Below, in pieces: positions 37,901 through 51,161 of a DNA stretch of 64,000 nucleotides (position 1 is the first letter of the stretch; every line of letters starts with the position of its first letter). The position numbers and the translations under genes were made by a program. This DNA comes from Mobula hypostoma (lineage: Eukaryota): NCBI RefSeq assembly GCF_963921235.1, contig NC_086097.1, positions 60,762,001-60,826,000 on the forward strand, read 5' to 3'. The notes under the pieces are model-generated. The model saw only the letters and a program-made list of their open reading frames with translations. It searched no databases and was not told the origin of the DNA.

Positions 37901-40900
37901 TGCAGAAGTAGATCATTCGGCCCTTCGAGCCTGCACCGCCATTCTGAGATCATGGCTGATAATCTACTATCAATACCCGGTTCCTGCCTTGTCCCCATAA
38001 CCCTTGATTCCCCTATCCATAAGATACCTATCTAGCTCCTTCTTGAAAGCATCCAGAGAATTGGCCTCCACTGCCTTCTGAGGCAGCGCGTTCCACACCT
38101 CCACAACTCTCTGGGAGAAGAAGTTCCTCCTCAACTCTGTCCTAAATGACCTACCCCTTATTCTTAAACCATGCCCTCTGGTACTAGACTCTCCCAGCAT
38201 CTGGAACATATTTCCTGCCTCTATCTTGTCCAATCCCTTAATAATTTTATATGTCTCAATCAGATCCCCCCTCAATCTCCTTAATTCCAGCGTGTACAAG
38301 CCCAGTCTCTCTAACCTCTCTGCGTAAGACAGTCTGGACATCCAGGAATTAACCTAGTGAACCTACGCTGCACCTCCTCCACAGCCAGGATGTCCTTCCT
38401 TAACCCTGGAAACCAAAACTGCACACAATACTCCAGGTGTGGTCTCACCAGGGCCCTGTACAAATGCAAAAGGATTTCCTTGCTCTTGTACTCAATTCCC
38501 TTTGTAATAAAGGCCAACATACCATTAGCCTTCTTCACAGGCCTGCTGCACTTGCTCATTCACCTTCAGAGACAGATGAACAAGTACTCCTAGATCTCTT
38601 TGTATTTCTCCCTTACCCAACTCCACACCCTTCAGATAATAATCTGCCTTCCTGTTCTTGCTCCCAAAGTGAATAACCTCACACTTATTCACATTAAATG
38701 CCATCTGCCAAGTTTCTGCCCACTCACCCAGCCTATCCAAGTCACCTTGAATTCTCCTAACATCCTCATCACATGTCACACTGCCACCCAGCTTAGTATT
38801 ATCAGCAAACTTACTGATGTTATTCACAATGCCTTCCTCTAAATCATTGACATAAATCGTAAACAGCTGTGGTCCCAATACCGAGCCCTGTGGCACCCCA
38901 TTAGTCACCACCTGCCATTCCGAGAAACATCCATTCACTGCTACCCTTTGCTTTCTATCTGTCAACCAGTTTTCTATCCATGTCAATATCCTCCCCCCAA
39001 TGCCATGAGCTCTGATTTTACCCACCAATCTCCTATGTGGTACCTTATCAAATGCCTTCTGAAAGTCTAGGTACACCACATCCACTGAATCTCCCGCGTC
39101 TATCTTCCTGGTTACATCCTCGAAAAACTGCAATAGATTAGTCAAGCATGATTTGCCCTTGGTAAATCCATGCTGGCTCGGCCCAATCTTATCACTGCTA
39201 TCAAGATATGCCACTATTTCATCTTTAATAATAGACTCTAGCATCTTCTCCACTACTGATGTTAGGCTAACAGGGTGATAGTTCTCTGTTTTCTCCCTCC
39301 CTCCTTTCTTAAAAAGTGGGATAACATTAGCCATTCGCCAATCCTCAGGAACTGATCCTGAATCTAAGGAACATTGGAAAATGATCACCAATGCATCCGC
39401 AATTTCCAGAGCCACCTCCTTTAGTACCCTAGGATGCAGACCATCTGGACCTGGGGATTTGTTAGCCTTCAGTCCCATCAGTCTACTCCTCACCGTTTCC
39501 TTCCTAATGTCAATCTGTTTCAGTTCCTCTGTTACCCTATGTCCTTGGCCCATCCATACATCTGGGAGATTGCTTGTGTCTTCTCTAGTGAAGACAGATC
39601 CAAAGTACTTATTAAATTCGTCTGCCATTTCTCTGTTTCCCATAACAATTTCTCCCAATTCATTCTTCAAGGGCCCAACATTGTTCTTAACTATCTTCCT
39701 TCTCTTCACATACCTAAAGAAACTTTTGCTATCCTCCTTTATATTCCTAGCTAGCTTGCGTTCATACCTCATTTTTTCTCCCCATATTGCCTTTTTAGTT
39801 AAGTTCTGTTGCTCCATAAAAATTTCCCAATCATCCGTCTTCCCACTCACCTTAGCTCTGTTATACTTTTTTTTTAATGCTATGCTATCTCTGACTTCCT
39901 TTGTCAACCACTGTGGCCACTTTCCCCCCTTTGAATCCTTCCTTCTCCGGGGAATGAATTGATTTTGCACCTTGTGCATTATTCCCAAGAATACCTGCCA
40001 TTGCTGTTCCACTGTCTTTTCTGCTAGGATATCCGACCAGTCAGCTTTGGCCAGCTCCTCCCTCATGGCTCCATAGTCTCCTTTGTTCAACTGCAATACT
40101 GACACTTCTGATCTGCCCTTATCCCTCTCAACTTGCAGATAAAAACTTATCATATTATGGTCACTACCTCCTAATGGCTCCTTTACTTCAAGATCACTTA
40201 TCAAATCCTGTGCATTGCACAACACTAAATCCAGAATAGCCTTATCCCTGGTCGGCTCTCGTACAAGCTGCTCCAAAAATGACCTGACTTGGTCCAACCA
40301 AGCAGAGTCCACTGCCAAGAAGGCCACCAGCGCCTTTACTTCCTGAGAAAACTAAAGAAATTTGGCCTGTTCCCTAAAACCCTCACTAATTTTTATAGAT
40401 GCACCGTAGAAAGCATTCTTCTAGGGTGCATCACAACCTGGTATGGAAGTTGTCCTGTCCAAAACCATAAGAAGCTGCAGAAGATCGTGAATACGGCGCA
40501 GCACATCACACAAAGCAATCTTCCATCCTTGGACTCACCTTACACCGCACGCTGTCGAAGCAGTGCTGCCAGGATAATCAAGGACATGACCCACCCAGCC
40601 AACACACTTTTCGTCCCTCTTCCCTCCGGGAGAAGGCTCAGGAGCCTGAAGACTTGTACAGCCAGATTTGGGAACAGCTTCTTTCCAACTGTGATAAGAC
40701 TGCTGAATGGATCCTGACCTGGATATGGGCCATACCCTCCAAATATCTGGACCTGCATCTTGGTTTTTTTGCACTACTTTACTTTCCATTTTTCTATTTT
40801 CTATTTATGATTTATAATTTAAATTTTTAATATTTACTATTGATTTGTAATCCAGGGAGCAGGAAGCGCAGAATCAAATATCGCTATGATGATTGTACAT

Positions 40901-40940
40901 TCTAGTATCAATTGTTTGGCGACAATAAAGTATAAAGTAT
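34919..40940 (+). mobile_element. Full-length Rex1/Babar-type LINE interrupted by a CR1
   Basis: 5' AAGATGGCACCG; APE start (PTILLANVQAIENK, CFTKTWL) in 35551..35976; 36095..36610 (SDH); RT 36600..~37883 (NDYRPVALT, DYSSAFNTI, GSPQGCVLSPLLY, FADD); C-terminus 40289..40717; AATAAAGTATAAAGTAT tail. Confidence 0.92.
37884..40277 (-). mobile_element. Young 5'-truncated CR1 LINE inserted in the Rex1/Babar RT
   Basis: Long open ORF2 frame 38525..~40277, then 38311..38559 and 37970..38341; (CTATTGT)n-like tail. Host frame VNITN|DLTWS is restored on removal, with AAAT at both junctions. Confidence 0.93.
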
Positions 40941-41016
40941 AAGTTATGTAGTTTATCTGTGCATCCTGAAGTGGCTGATGAAGCCACTGCTGAACACACA
41001 ACTCTTCTACAAATGG

Positions 41017-41218
41017 AACACTCACAACACACTGGAGAAACTCAGCAGGTCAGGCAGCATCCGTGGAAATGATCAATCAATGCTTCGGGCCGGAAGGGTT
41101 CCGGCCCAAAACATTGACTGATCATTTCCACAGATGCTGCCCGACCTGCTGAGTTCCTCCAGCGTGTTGTGAGTGTTGCTTTGACCCCAGCATCTGCAGA
41201 GTATTTTGTGTTTATGAT
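41017..41218. mobile_element. Palindromic Penelope-derived mini-element
   Basis: About 80-bp inverted arms centred on GGGCCGGAA-GGG-TTCCGGCCC. Perfect 14-bp TSD TCTTCTACAAATGG at 41003-41016 and 41219-41232. Confidence 0.85.
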
Positions 41219-41614
41219 TCTTCTACAAATGGGGCAGGAATTGGAGTAGATCCAATTGGATCCTGGACAGTCTTCATTGGCCAGGTGTTCCAGAGCTGAG
41301 TGAAGAGCCATTGGAACAAAAATGATAATAAAGATGAAAAAAATTTAACGCCTCTCACAGGCTAAGATTTCCAACACTAATTTTCTAATCACACTCAGTC
41401 AGCTGTGTTGAGTAAGTCATATATTTTCCATGCACACCCCCACACTCCTAAAACAGACACTCTTTTCTGAGCTCTGTCACAGAAAGACTAGAAAGTCTCA
41501 GAAGAAATGATCAAAGCATGTTCTCAAAACCTCCTAGAAAAAGAATAACATCCTCATTTACTCTGGCAAATCCCTAGCCCAAAACCACATACTGCACAGC
41601 AGAACGAGCAGAGT

Positions 41615-42140
41615 TCTCATTCAGAATCAGAAACAGGATTATTAGCACTATGTCAGATGATGTGAAATTTGTTGTTATGCAGCAGCAGTGCAGTGCAAAA
41701 CATAAAATTACTATAAATTACAAAATAATTAATAGTGAAATAAAAAGAATAGTGAGGTCATGTTCAATCATCATTCAGAGGTCTGATCTGAGTGGAAGAG
41801 CTGTTTCTAAGTTGTTGCGTGCGGGTCTTTAGACTCTCGTGCCTCCTGTCTGATGGTAGTAATGTGGTTATGTTCCAGATGGTGAGGGACGTTAATGATG
41901 GATGTCACCTTCTTGAGCACTGCCTGTTGATGATGTCCTTGACGATAGCCAGGGTTGATCAGGCAGAGTCTACAAACTTCTGCAGCCTCCTGTGATCCTC
42001 CATACCAGGCTATGCTCTCAACAGTACATCTGCAGAAGCCTGCATGAGTCTTTGGTGACACAGCAAATTGTCTCAAACTCCTAATGAAGTAGAGCTGCTG
42101 CAGTATCTTTTTTATGATAGCAGCAATGTGCTGGGCTCAG
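41615..42140 (-). mobile_element. Rex1/Babar 3' fragment
   Basis: ORF 41807..42076 (RQFAVSPKTHAGFCRCTVESI); (ATTCTG)n-like tail near 41620. Confidence 0.7.
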
Positions 42141-42144
42141 AATA

Positions 42145-42850
42145 GATGTGGGGATGCAGTATCCATCAACAAGGATCGCGCCCCCCACCATCCAGGCCAT
42201 GCTCTCTTCTCGCTACAGTCATTGGGTAGGGGGTACAGGAGCCTTAGGTCCCACACCGCCAGGTTCAGGGAGAGTTATTACCCTTCAACCATCAAGCTCC
42301 TAAACCAGAGGGAATATTTTCACTTATCACAACACTAAACTGATTTCACAACTGACTCACTTTCAAGCACTTTTATTTACTTATGTTTTGTTTTGTATTT
42401 GCACTTTTTCATCTTTTGCACATTGATTGCTTGTTTTTGTGTGCAGTTTTTCATTAATGCTATTATGTTTCTTTGCATTTACTGTGAATAGGAAGGGAAA
42501 GGTATGTTGCATCCAGAGTTTCTCCGGTTAGCGGACAATTTCCCTCCACGCCTCTCTGACGTAGTGGGGAACCGCGTACGAGGCAAATTACAGCAGTGGT
42601 TTCCCATTGCCTTCTGCCGGGTGAGTTTCCAAAGGGATCACCATCTCGTAACCCAGCACGGATGGAAAGCGTGCAGGGGAGCCGGCTGGATTCAAACTCG
42701 GGACCTTTCGTCCCAAAGTCCGACGTTGATGCCACGACGCCACCAGCCGGGTCTTACTGCGAATATCTGACAGAAAATAAATCTCAGGTTGTATATGGTG
42801 ACATGTAGGTACTTTGATAATAAATTTACTTGGAACTTTGAACTATGAAC
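42145..42850 (+). mobile_element. Rex1/Babar 3' fragment carrying a SINE insertion
   Basis: HHPGHALFSLQSLGRGYRSLRSHTARFRESYYPSTIKLLN; AATAAA and (TGAACT)n-like tail near 42820-42850. Confidence 0.75.
42491..42753 (-). mobile_element. tRNA-derived SINE with RTE-type body
   Basis: A-box TGGCGTCGTGG and B-box GAGTTTGAATCC; RTE-like GAAGGCAATGGGAAACCAC; ACCTTT-type tail; TSD TTACTG(T/C)GAATA at 42479-42490 and 42754-42765. Confidence 0.85.
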
Positions 42851-44240
42851 TATAAAATTCTTGACACCCAGGAACTTAAAGCTGCTCACACTATCCACTG
42901 CCGACCCCTCATTAAGGACTGGTGTGTGTTCTCCTGACCTCTCATTCCTTAGCCTTACAGATACTGAGTGCGAGACTGTTATTGTGACACCATTCAACTA
43001 TTCCAACCACATCTCTCCACATTGCCAAATGTGACTTGGTACATGGCCTTGTGGTGTACCTGACAGTCATTATGGAGGAGATGTTGTTGCTAAAACGTAC
43101 AGACTGGGTTTTGCAAGTTAGGAAATCAAGTGTGCAGTTGCACAGGGAGTTATTGAGTCCTAGGGCTTGGAATTTTTGAGTAGTTTTGAGGGAATGGTGG
43201 TGTTGAATGCTGAGGTGTAGTCACTGAAGAACATCCTCATGTATGCACCTTCACTGTCCAGGTGTTCCAATTATGAATGAAGAACCAGTGAAATAGCATC
43301 TGCTGTTGACCTGTTGTGACTGTGGGCATATTGGAATGGACCCAAGTCACTGCTCAGGCAGTCAGTGCTCATGATCAACCTCTCAAAGAACTTCATCACA
43401 GCGGACGTATGTGCTGTTGGACAATAGTCAATGAGGCAGGTAATCACATTCTCTTGTGCACTGTTGTGGTTGAAGCCTACTCGAAGCAAATGGTTATGTA
43501 AAACTGCCAAAGCAAGAGATTGAAGATGTCTGCAAACACCCCAGCTAGTTGATTAGCACAGCTCTTCAGTACTCATTCAGGTACACCGTCAAGGTGAGAT
43601 ATTTTCCGTGGATTCACGCTGCAGAAGGATGCTTGCACATTCGTCTCAGAGATTGAAATCACAGAGTCGTCAGCAGTTGTGGGAGTTCATGAAGATCCTT
43701 CATGTTCTGTTGGTTAAAATGAACATAAAGGGCATTGAGTTTATCTACAGTGAAAGTTTGTTGTCACTTATACTGCTTGGTTTCGCTTTGTAGGAGGTGA
43801 TGGCATTTAAGCCCTCTACAGCTGTCGTGCATTCTTCTGTAATTCAAGTTTGGTCCAGAATTGCCACTTTGCACATGAGATGGCTTTCCAGATGTCATAT
43901 CTGGACCTCTTGTACTTTCCTGGATCACCAGTCCTGAATTCCATCAATCCAGCCCTCTGCAGATAGTGAATCTTCATTTCATCCAGGGCTTCTAGTTGGG
44001 GAAGATTCTAAAAGTTTCTGTGGGCACACATTCTTACATGAGGGTCTTTCTAACGACTGTGACAACTGTGGTGTATTCATTCAGGTCCTCTGAGTACTTG
44101 AACATGGTTTAGTCCACTGAGTCAAAGCAGTCCCATAGTTGCTTCACTGCCTCCTTGTGCCCACCTTTTTGTTGTCCTTACATCTTGTGCATTGCTCTTT
44201 GTTCTGTCTACGTGCAGATAGGAGGAGGAGGAGAGCCTTG
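42851..44240 (-). mobile_element. Rex1/Babar RT fragment
   Basis: ORF 43271..43510 (TSAVMKFFERL...NRSTADAISL) and SSFKFLGV in 42692..42997. Confidence 0.75.
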
Positions 44241-44249
44241 TTGCATTTA

Positions 44250-44785
44250 TATTGCAAATTTATTTAGGCTGAATCTGGATAATTACATTCAGTTCTGATT
44301 GCCTTATCATAGGAAGGATGTGGAGGCTTTAGAGAGGGCGCAAAAGAGGTTTACCAAGATCCTGCCTGAATTAGAAGGAATATGTTAGAAGGAGAGGTTG
44401 GAGTGGCAGAGTTTGAGGGGAGATCTGAAAGAGGTTTATAAGATTGAGAGGCATAAACAGAGAAGAAGAGCCAGTATCTTTTTTGCCATGGTTGAAGTAT
44501 GTCTAATACCAAAGGGCATGTATTTTAGGTGAAAGGGATAAATTCATATGATATCTATGGGCAAGCTTTATTTTACAGAGTGATGGCTGCCTGAGGTGGA
44601 GGTGGAAGAAGGCACAACAGAGCTATTCATGAGTCTGTTAGATAGGCACATGAATGTAGAATGTGTAGAAAATGGAAGGCGAGGGACATTGTGTAGGCAT
44701 AATGGATTAGTTCAGTTGGCCATTTTGTGGAACATTATGGAACAAAAAGCCTGTTGCTGTGATGTACTGCTGTATGTTCCATGCA
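44250..44785 (+). mobile_element. Decayed CR1 3' fragment
   Basis: RKDVEALERAQKRFTKILP-like segment near 44310-44370 and a CR1-type 3' end. Confidence 0.7.
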
Positions 44786-45059
44786 AATATTCTTTAATAG
44801 TAATGTTATTGCTGTATATAAAAGGGGCAGTAGAAGAAATCATAGATGCTATGGGTTAACATCAGCACATGAAAGACGAATAGATTCTTATTCAAAGATG
44901 TGCAATTATCAATATAAACTAGTTCAGAGCAAAATAAGGAAAAAATAGAATAGGACAGATGAGGAAAATAAAAAGAAAACTGATTAATTTATACAGCAAG
45001 CCATTCTTCTGTGGTCCTGCAACTATTATATTTTTTCATACACTTTGAAACCAGTGTGA

Positions 45060-46695
45060 TATTGATATAAAGAAAAAAGTGCCAGGCAAACTCAAAAGTC
45101 TTAAGGTGGATAGTCACCTGGGCCAGATGGACTACATCCCAGAGTCCTGAGAGAGGTTGCTGAAGAGATAACGGATACATTGGTCTTTCAAGAATCACTT
45201 GATTCTGGCATGGTCCTGGAGGAATGGGAGATTGAAAATTCACTCCACCCTCTAAGAAGGGAGGAAGGCAAAATGAAGGACACTATAGGCCAGTTAGCCT
45301 AACCTCAGTGGTTGGGAAAGTGTTGGAGTCTATAATTAAAGATGAAATTTCAAGGCACCTGGAGACTAATGATAAAATAAGTCAGAGTCAGCATGGTTTC
45401 TGTACAGGGAAAACTTGTCTGACAAATCTGTTAGAGTTCTTAGAGGAAGTAACACGCAGGGTAGATGAAGGAGAGGCAGTGGAGGTCATTTACTTGGATT
45501 TTCAGAAGGCGTTTGATAAGCTGCACACATGAGGCTACGTAACAAGGTAAAATCCTATGGTCTTACAAGAAAAATACTGGCATGGTTAGCGGAATGGCTG
45601 ACAGGCAGGAGGCAGCGTGTGGGAATAAAAGGGACCTTCTCTGGTTGGCTGCTGGAGACTAGTAGTGTTCCTCAGGGGTCAGTACTGGGACCACTACTTT
45701 TCACAATGTTTGTCAGTGTTTTAGATAATGGAACTGAAGGCTTTGTGGCAAAGTTTACGGATGATACAAAGATAGGTGGAGGGGTAGGTAGCGCTGAGGA
45801 AGCAATGCGATTGCAGCAGGACTTGAACAAATTGAAAGAAAGGTCAAAAAAGTGGCAGATGGAATACAGTGTTGGGAAATGTATGATAATGCATTTTGGT
45901 AAAACAAACAATAGTGCGGACTATTATCTAAATGAGGAAAGAGTTCAAACATCAGAGGTGCAGAGGGACTTAGAGGTCCTCATGCAAGACTCCTGGAAGG
46001 TTAATTATAGGTTGAGTCTATGGTAAAGAAGGCAAATGCAATGTTGGCATTTATTTCAAGAGGACGAGAATATAAAAGCAAGAAGATAATACTGAGCCTT
46101 TATAAAACACTAGTCAGGGCACAATTAAGAGTATTGTCAACAGTTTTGGGTCCTATATTTCGAAAGGATGTGTTGTCATTGGAGAGAGTCCAGAGGAGGT
46201 TCACAAGGATGATTCTGGGAATGAAGGGGTTAACATATGAGGAATGTTTGGCAGCTTATGGGCCTGTACTCACTGGAATTTAGAAGAATGCGGGGGGGGT
46301 GAGGGGCGCAGATCTCATTGAAATCTACCGAATGTTGAAAGAACTAGATAGGGTGGATGTGGAGAGGATGTTTTCTATTGTGGGGGCACCCAGAACTAGA
46401 AGGCACAGCCTCAAAATTGAGGGGCGACCCTTTAGAACAGAGTTAAGGAGGAATATTTTTTAGCCAGAGAGTAATAAGTCTGTGGAATACTCTGCCACAG
46501 ACCGCGCTGGAGTCCAAGTTCATGTGTATACTTAAGATGGAAGTTGATCGCTTCCTGATCATTCAGGGCATCAAAGGATATGGCAAGAAGGCAGGTGTAT
46601 GGGGTTGAGAAGGATCCAGGATCAGCCATGATAGCATGGTGGAGCATACTCGATGGGCTGAATGGCCTAATTCTACTCCTATGTCTTATGGTCTA
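45060..46695 (+). mobile_element. 5'-truncated CR1 LINE
   Basis: ORFs 45308..45532, 45529..46026 (VPQGSVLGPLLF, FTDD) and 46020..46283; 3' end ...CTATGTCTTATGGTCT. Confidence 0.9.
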
Positions 46696-48134
46696 AAATT
46701 GATGATTCAAAGATTTTCCAGCTTTCACTCTTCAAATGTCAAATTTCTCTTGAAGTTGCTGGGATAATTGCATTAATGGAAATTGAAGGCATCATACTAT
46801 GAGGAATAGTTTTATAATGTTGCAATTGCCTCTAGTGTTTTGGGGTATGATTTCTTCCATACAAACATATTGATTGAGGCTATTTATTGAGTGTATAAAT
46901 GCCATACTGTGTGACTGCAAATTATTAAAACAATGTTTACTCACTGAATTTAAATTTCAAATTGTTTTTGAATGTTATTTGCTGTCAAGGTCTTTTCTGA
47001 CACTTAACATCTTCAGCAATATATTAATAGATTGTAAAAAGAAACAAATTTATTGTATTACACAAATGAATGCAAGCTATTTTCAAACACTGAGAATTTT
47101 TAATATTTTTCTTTTCCACTTACAGTATAAACTATTACTGTTCAGATGAATTCCCTATTACAGAGTCCAGAATTGAATACATTCTACCAACACACATAAA
47201 TAAAAAAATACACAGCTTGAACACAAATTGTAAGGTTGCCTTTTCAGAGATGTCAAAAGTCTGCAGCAAATCACTGTGTAATAACAACATGAATCCTTTG
47301 ATTCAGCTCTCTCTATTGCTTCATAACCAATCCAACATTAATAAAAGTCACAAGTGACATTCACAGTGACTAATGTACCATCCTCACAGCAAACATTCAC
47401 ACTCTCCTCAACTTCTTCATTATCCTGTAATGAGTCGTTCTGCTTCCTGGATCAGTGAGCCTAGTTTCACTGCTGCATTCTGGTCTACGTGATTGTAACA
47501 AGAGCATATTAGGCAATGGTTACCTGATCCATTTCACAGCTTCTGAAGTCTTCAAAGAGCTATACATGGGATCTTCCCCTTCCTCATTCAAGTGCAGGTG
47601 AGCTTTGTAAAACATGCAGTCAGCTTCTTTGGTTATGTAGGCAACATTCGGCTTCCGATCTCAATCATAATTCTCAACCTTCCCACACTATATCTCTTGA
47701 CAGATTGCATGCCTCATATCTGTCGCTGTTCCCCCAATGAAATACTACATGCTCAAATTCTTCGTCCACAGTCATTAAATTATCTCCACCCTTGACTACT
47801 TAACAATAAACTAATTTTTCAACTTTTGAATCTCCTGAACAGAATGACTGCCAATTTAAACCAGCTCCTTCTCCAGCCTTATTAAAACTCCATCTAGGCT
47901 TCAGACACCACTAGTCTTAAAGACAATGCTCTTTTGAGTTTTCTTTTCCTTCCTCTTAACAACCTGAGTATATTCAAAGCTTTACTAACTAACCCTGTTC
48001 TCACATCAACTCCAGAAGTGATAAAAGCACTTCCGGTCTATTTGGTAAAGCCACTTTATTAGGTGCGTAGGTTCAATTCAAGTACCTAATCAGCCAATCA
48101 TGTGACAGAAACTCACTGCTTAAAATCATATGTT

Positions 48135-50620
48135 TCATAGGGTTAATAACATTCCAGTATTGATTAAAGAAGATAATACAATTGTTACTGAAATAAAGAG
48201 TGAGTTACTGGCTCGGTCATTTGCTGCAATTCATAATCAAGATAATTTAAGTGTAGAGGCTAAACAATGTAGGGGTAAGTTCTAAGTGAATATTCTGATG
48301 TTTTGGAAGCTAGCTGAGCAATGATAGTATTAGTGATGTAGAGTTTTCACTGAGGACCTTGCTGACTTCCACAGCCTCCAGGCACATCTTCCCACTTTCA
48401 TCTCTAATCGGTCCTAACTTCACTCCTGTCATCCTTTTTTTCTTCACATAATTGAAGAATGCCTTGGGGTTTTCCTTTACCCTACTTGCCAAGGCCTTCT
48501 CATGCCCCCTTCTTGCTATTCTCAGCCCCTTCTTAAGCTCGTTTCTTGCTTCCCTATATTCCTCAATAGACCCATCTGATCCTTGCTTCCTAAACCTCAT
48601 GTATGCTGCCTTCTTCCACCTTACTTACTTAAGGGTAAGAAAGGTATGTTAGACTTCTATGAGACAGAGAATGAGACCCCACAATGCAGTATTTGTAGTC
48701 CTTTATTGTTAAATATTATGATTAATTATTTTTTTCTCTGAGATAGGTACTTGGCTGGGTAAATCACTTTTTGCAGGTGATGGAGCTTTATGGGTCAGAG
48801 GAAAAAAATCAATTCAACTGTATATGGGATGCAATTAGCAAATTATAAGGTTGAACAGTGGGCAAATAGATGGGGTTTTCAGCTTTCAGTAGCCAAAACA
48901 GAAGATACAGGTATATATTTACAAAGAGGATCAATAGACATGCACTTAATTTGAAATTATATCGTCAAACTCTGGAAGAAGTGTTGGTGGTAAGACTTTT
49001 TGGTATGTGGCTAGATAATAAACTGACATGGAAGCACCATATCAGTAAGATAATTTACAAAAGTAAAGGGGCATTAAGTATCCCTAGATGTCTATCATGG
49101 GTATTCTTGGGGGGCTACACAAAAATCTCTGTTGTTAATATGTATTTGCTTAATTAGATCGGTACTTGATCATGGCTGTGGGGCTCATGGATGAGTGACG
49201 TCTTCAAATTTAAAATGTTTGGATGTGATACAAGCACAGGCTTTAAGGTCGTCCCCTGTTTCAGCCTTACTGGTTGAAATGGGACAATTACCCTTACTGT
49301 TGTGGAGGCTGATAATGTTGTTAACATACTGGGTTAAGTTGAGGGGGCAGAGGAATGATGACCTGTTAAAAGTGTGTTGGAAGACAGTTGGGAACACTAT
49401 AAGAAGAGGTTGAGTGTTTTTAGTTTTGGGTGGTTGGGTTCTCGTCACGCTAGGAATATGTATTTGTTGGATTATGTAATTTGTCCCACTCTAGCTTTTC
49501 TCGGTAACCCCACAGTGTTCTTTTTTTTCCAATGGCTTTAGTTGATTTTAGTTACATGATTTAATGAAATCCAAGGATCCTGATATGCCTGAGAGTCTGT
49601 TGGTTCATCAATATGTTAAGGAACACTATTGTAATGTGTTAACCATTTTTACTGATGGATCGATAGATAATTTCATAGGGAATGTCAGTGTCACTGTTAC
49701 TGTGTCTGAAACACAGGTAACAATAAAGAAACATATTACTAACTATTTATCAATGTATACTGCAGGATTAGTTGCCATCATTTTGGGCTTACAGTGGGTG
49801 GAGGAAATCTGTCCTTGCAAAGTTATAATTTGTTCAGATTCTTCTCCAGTTTTGACTAGTCTTAAAACAGGTCATTCTAGCAGTAGATCAGATTTACTGC
49901 TGGAAGTTCTTCAAACTTTATTTCACGTTTGAAGTATTGATCTACATGTCCTCTTCTTATGGGTCCCTGCACACAGAGATGTTGAGGGGAATGAGTGGGT
50001 TGATTGGTTGGCCAAAAATGGTGTTAAAATTTCATCTGTGGATATAGGGCTTCCACTTAATAAATCAGAAGCTAAGGAGTTGTTGAGGCTAAGAACTGAG
50101 GAATTATGGCAAGACCTGTGGGATAATGGGCATGTGGAGACAGTTTTACAGAATACATAAAACTGTTGGATCAATGGGAGAAGGGGGTAAGGCAAGAAGA
50201 GAAGGAATTATATTGACTCAACTTAGAATTGAGCATACTATGCTTAATTATTCCTTGTATCTTGTTGGAAAACATCACTCTGGAGCGTGTAGGTTTTGTG
50301 ATCCTTATGAAACAGTTAAACATATTCTTTTACAATGTGAAGCATTTAAGGTTGAAAGAGAGCAAGTGCAGACTGCACTGCTTGCTTTGGGGTTGACAGT
50401 TTTCATTTAAAAACTTTACTAATTTAATTCACAAAATTGTCATTCATTATTTAAAATCTACAGGGGTTTTGGGGGGGGGGGTAATTTAGATTTCATTTGA
50501 TAAAGAACTAGTAGGGGTTTTATTTCCCAACTCTCTACACCCACTCTGGTCCAGTTGTTAATGGTAACGCCCCTTTAAGTTGGACTGCCATCCACCATGA
50601 AAAGTCAGAAGAAGAAGAAG
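48135..50620 (+). mobile_element. I-clade (Nimb-like) LINE, copy 2, with RNase H and CCHC
   Basis: RNase H 49564..49932 (IFTDGS...ICSDS); CCHC CRFCDPYETVKHILLQC in 50126..50410; (GAA)n tail ending 50620. Collinear with 26915-29465. Confidence 0.85.
48345..48622 (-). mobile_element. Internal CR1 fragment embedded in the Nimb-like LINE
   Basis: ORF 48310..48600 is nearly identical to part of 21619..22059. Confidence 0.85.
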
Positions 50621-51161
50621 TTCTGTTGTTATTTTTCAAAATATTATAATGGATCACAATCTACGTGACTTTTATTGTGGAATGATTGTTGGTGACAGAC
50701 GTTGGGGTGGGGGTGGGGGTGCTTTGAGTATCTCAGAAACTGTTGACCTGGGATTTTTATGCACATTTTCTAAAATTTACAGAGAATAGTGTAAAAAACA
50801 AATAAAAAAGAAAGAACACCCAGTGACCAGCAGTTCTATGGGTAAAAATTCCTTGTTAATGAGAGAGGTCAGAGATGAGACTACTTCAAGCTGACAGAAA
50901 GGTGACAGTAAATCAAATAACATTACAACAGTGTTGTGCAGAAGAGCATATCTGAATGCACAACATGTCAAACCTGAAGTGGATGGGTTACAGCAGCAGA
51001 ATACCATGAACATACACTCAGTATATAGGTAATTTAACTACCATCTTCTTTCTTCACAAAAATGCTCTTGGGTAGTTAATAGACAATAGGTGAAGGAGTA
51101 AACCATTTGGCCCTTCGAGCCAGCACCACCATTCACTGTGATCATGGCTGATCATCCACTA

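Larger units (their letters stand above)
48050..51030 (+). mobile_element. Non-autonomous Tc1-like element split by a Nimb-like LINE
   Basis: GCCACTTTATTAGGT...AATCAGCCAATCATGTG at 48050-48130; degenerate Tc1 N-terminal coding sequence (MIVG...LSISET...LVNERGQR...QADRKVTV...KSISE...WMGYSSR) at ~50680-51005. Confidence 0.65.

Noticed and set aside
47524..47660. Possible minus-strand exon ending at CAG|GTAACC
   Set aside because: The open frame is short, there is no pyrimidine-rich acceptor, and the peptide is unrecognised.
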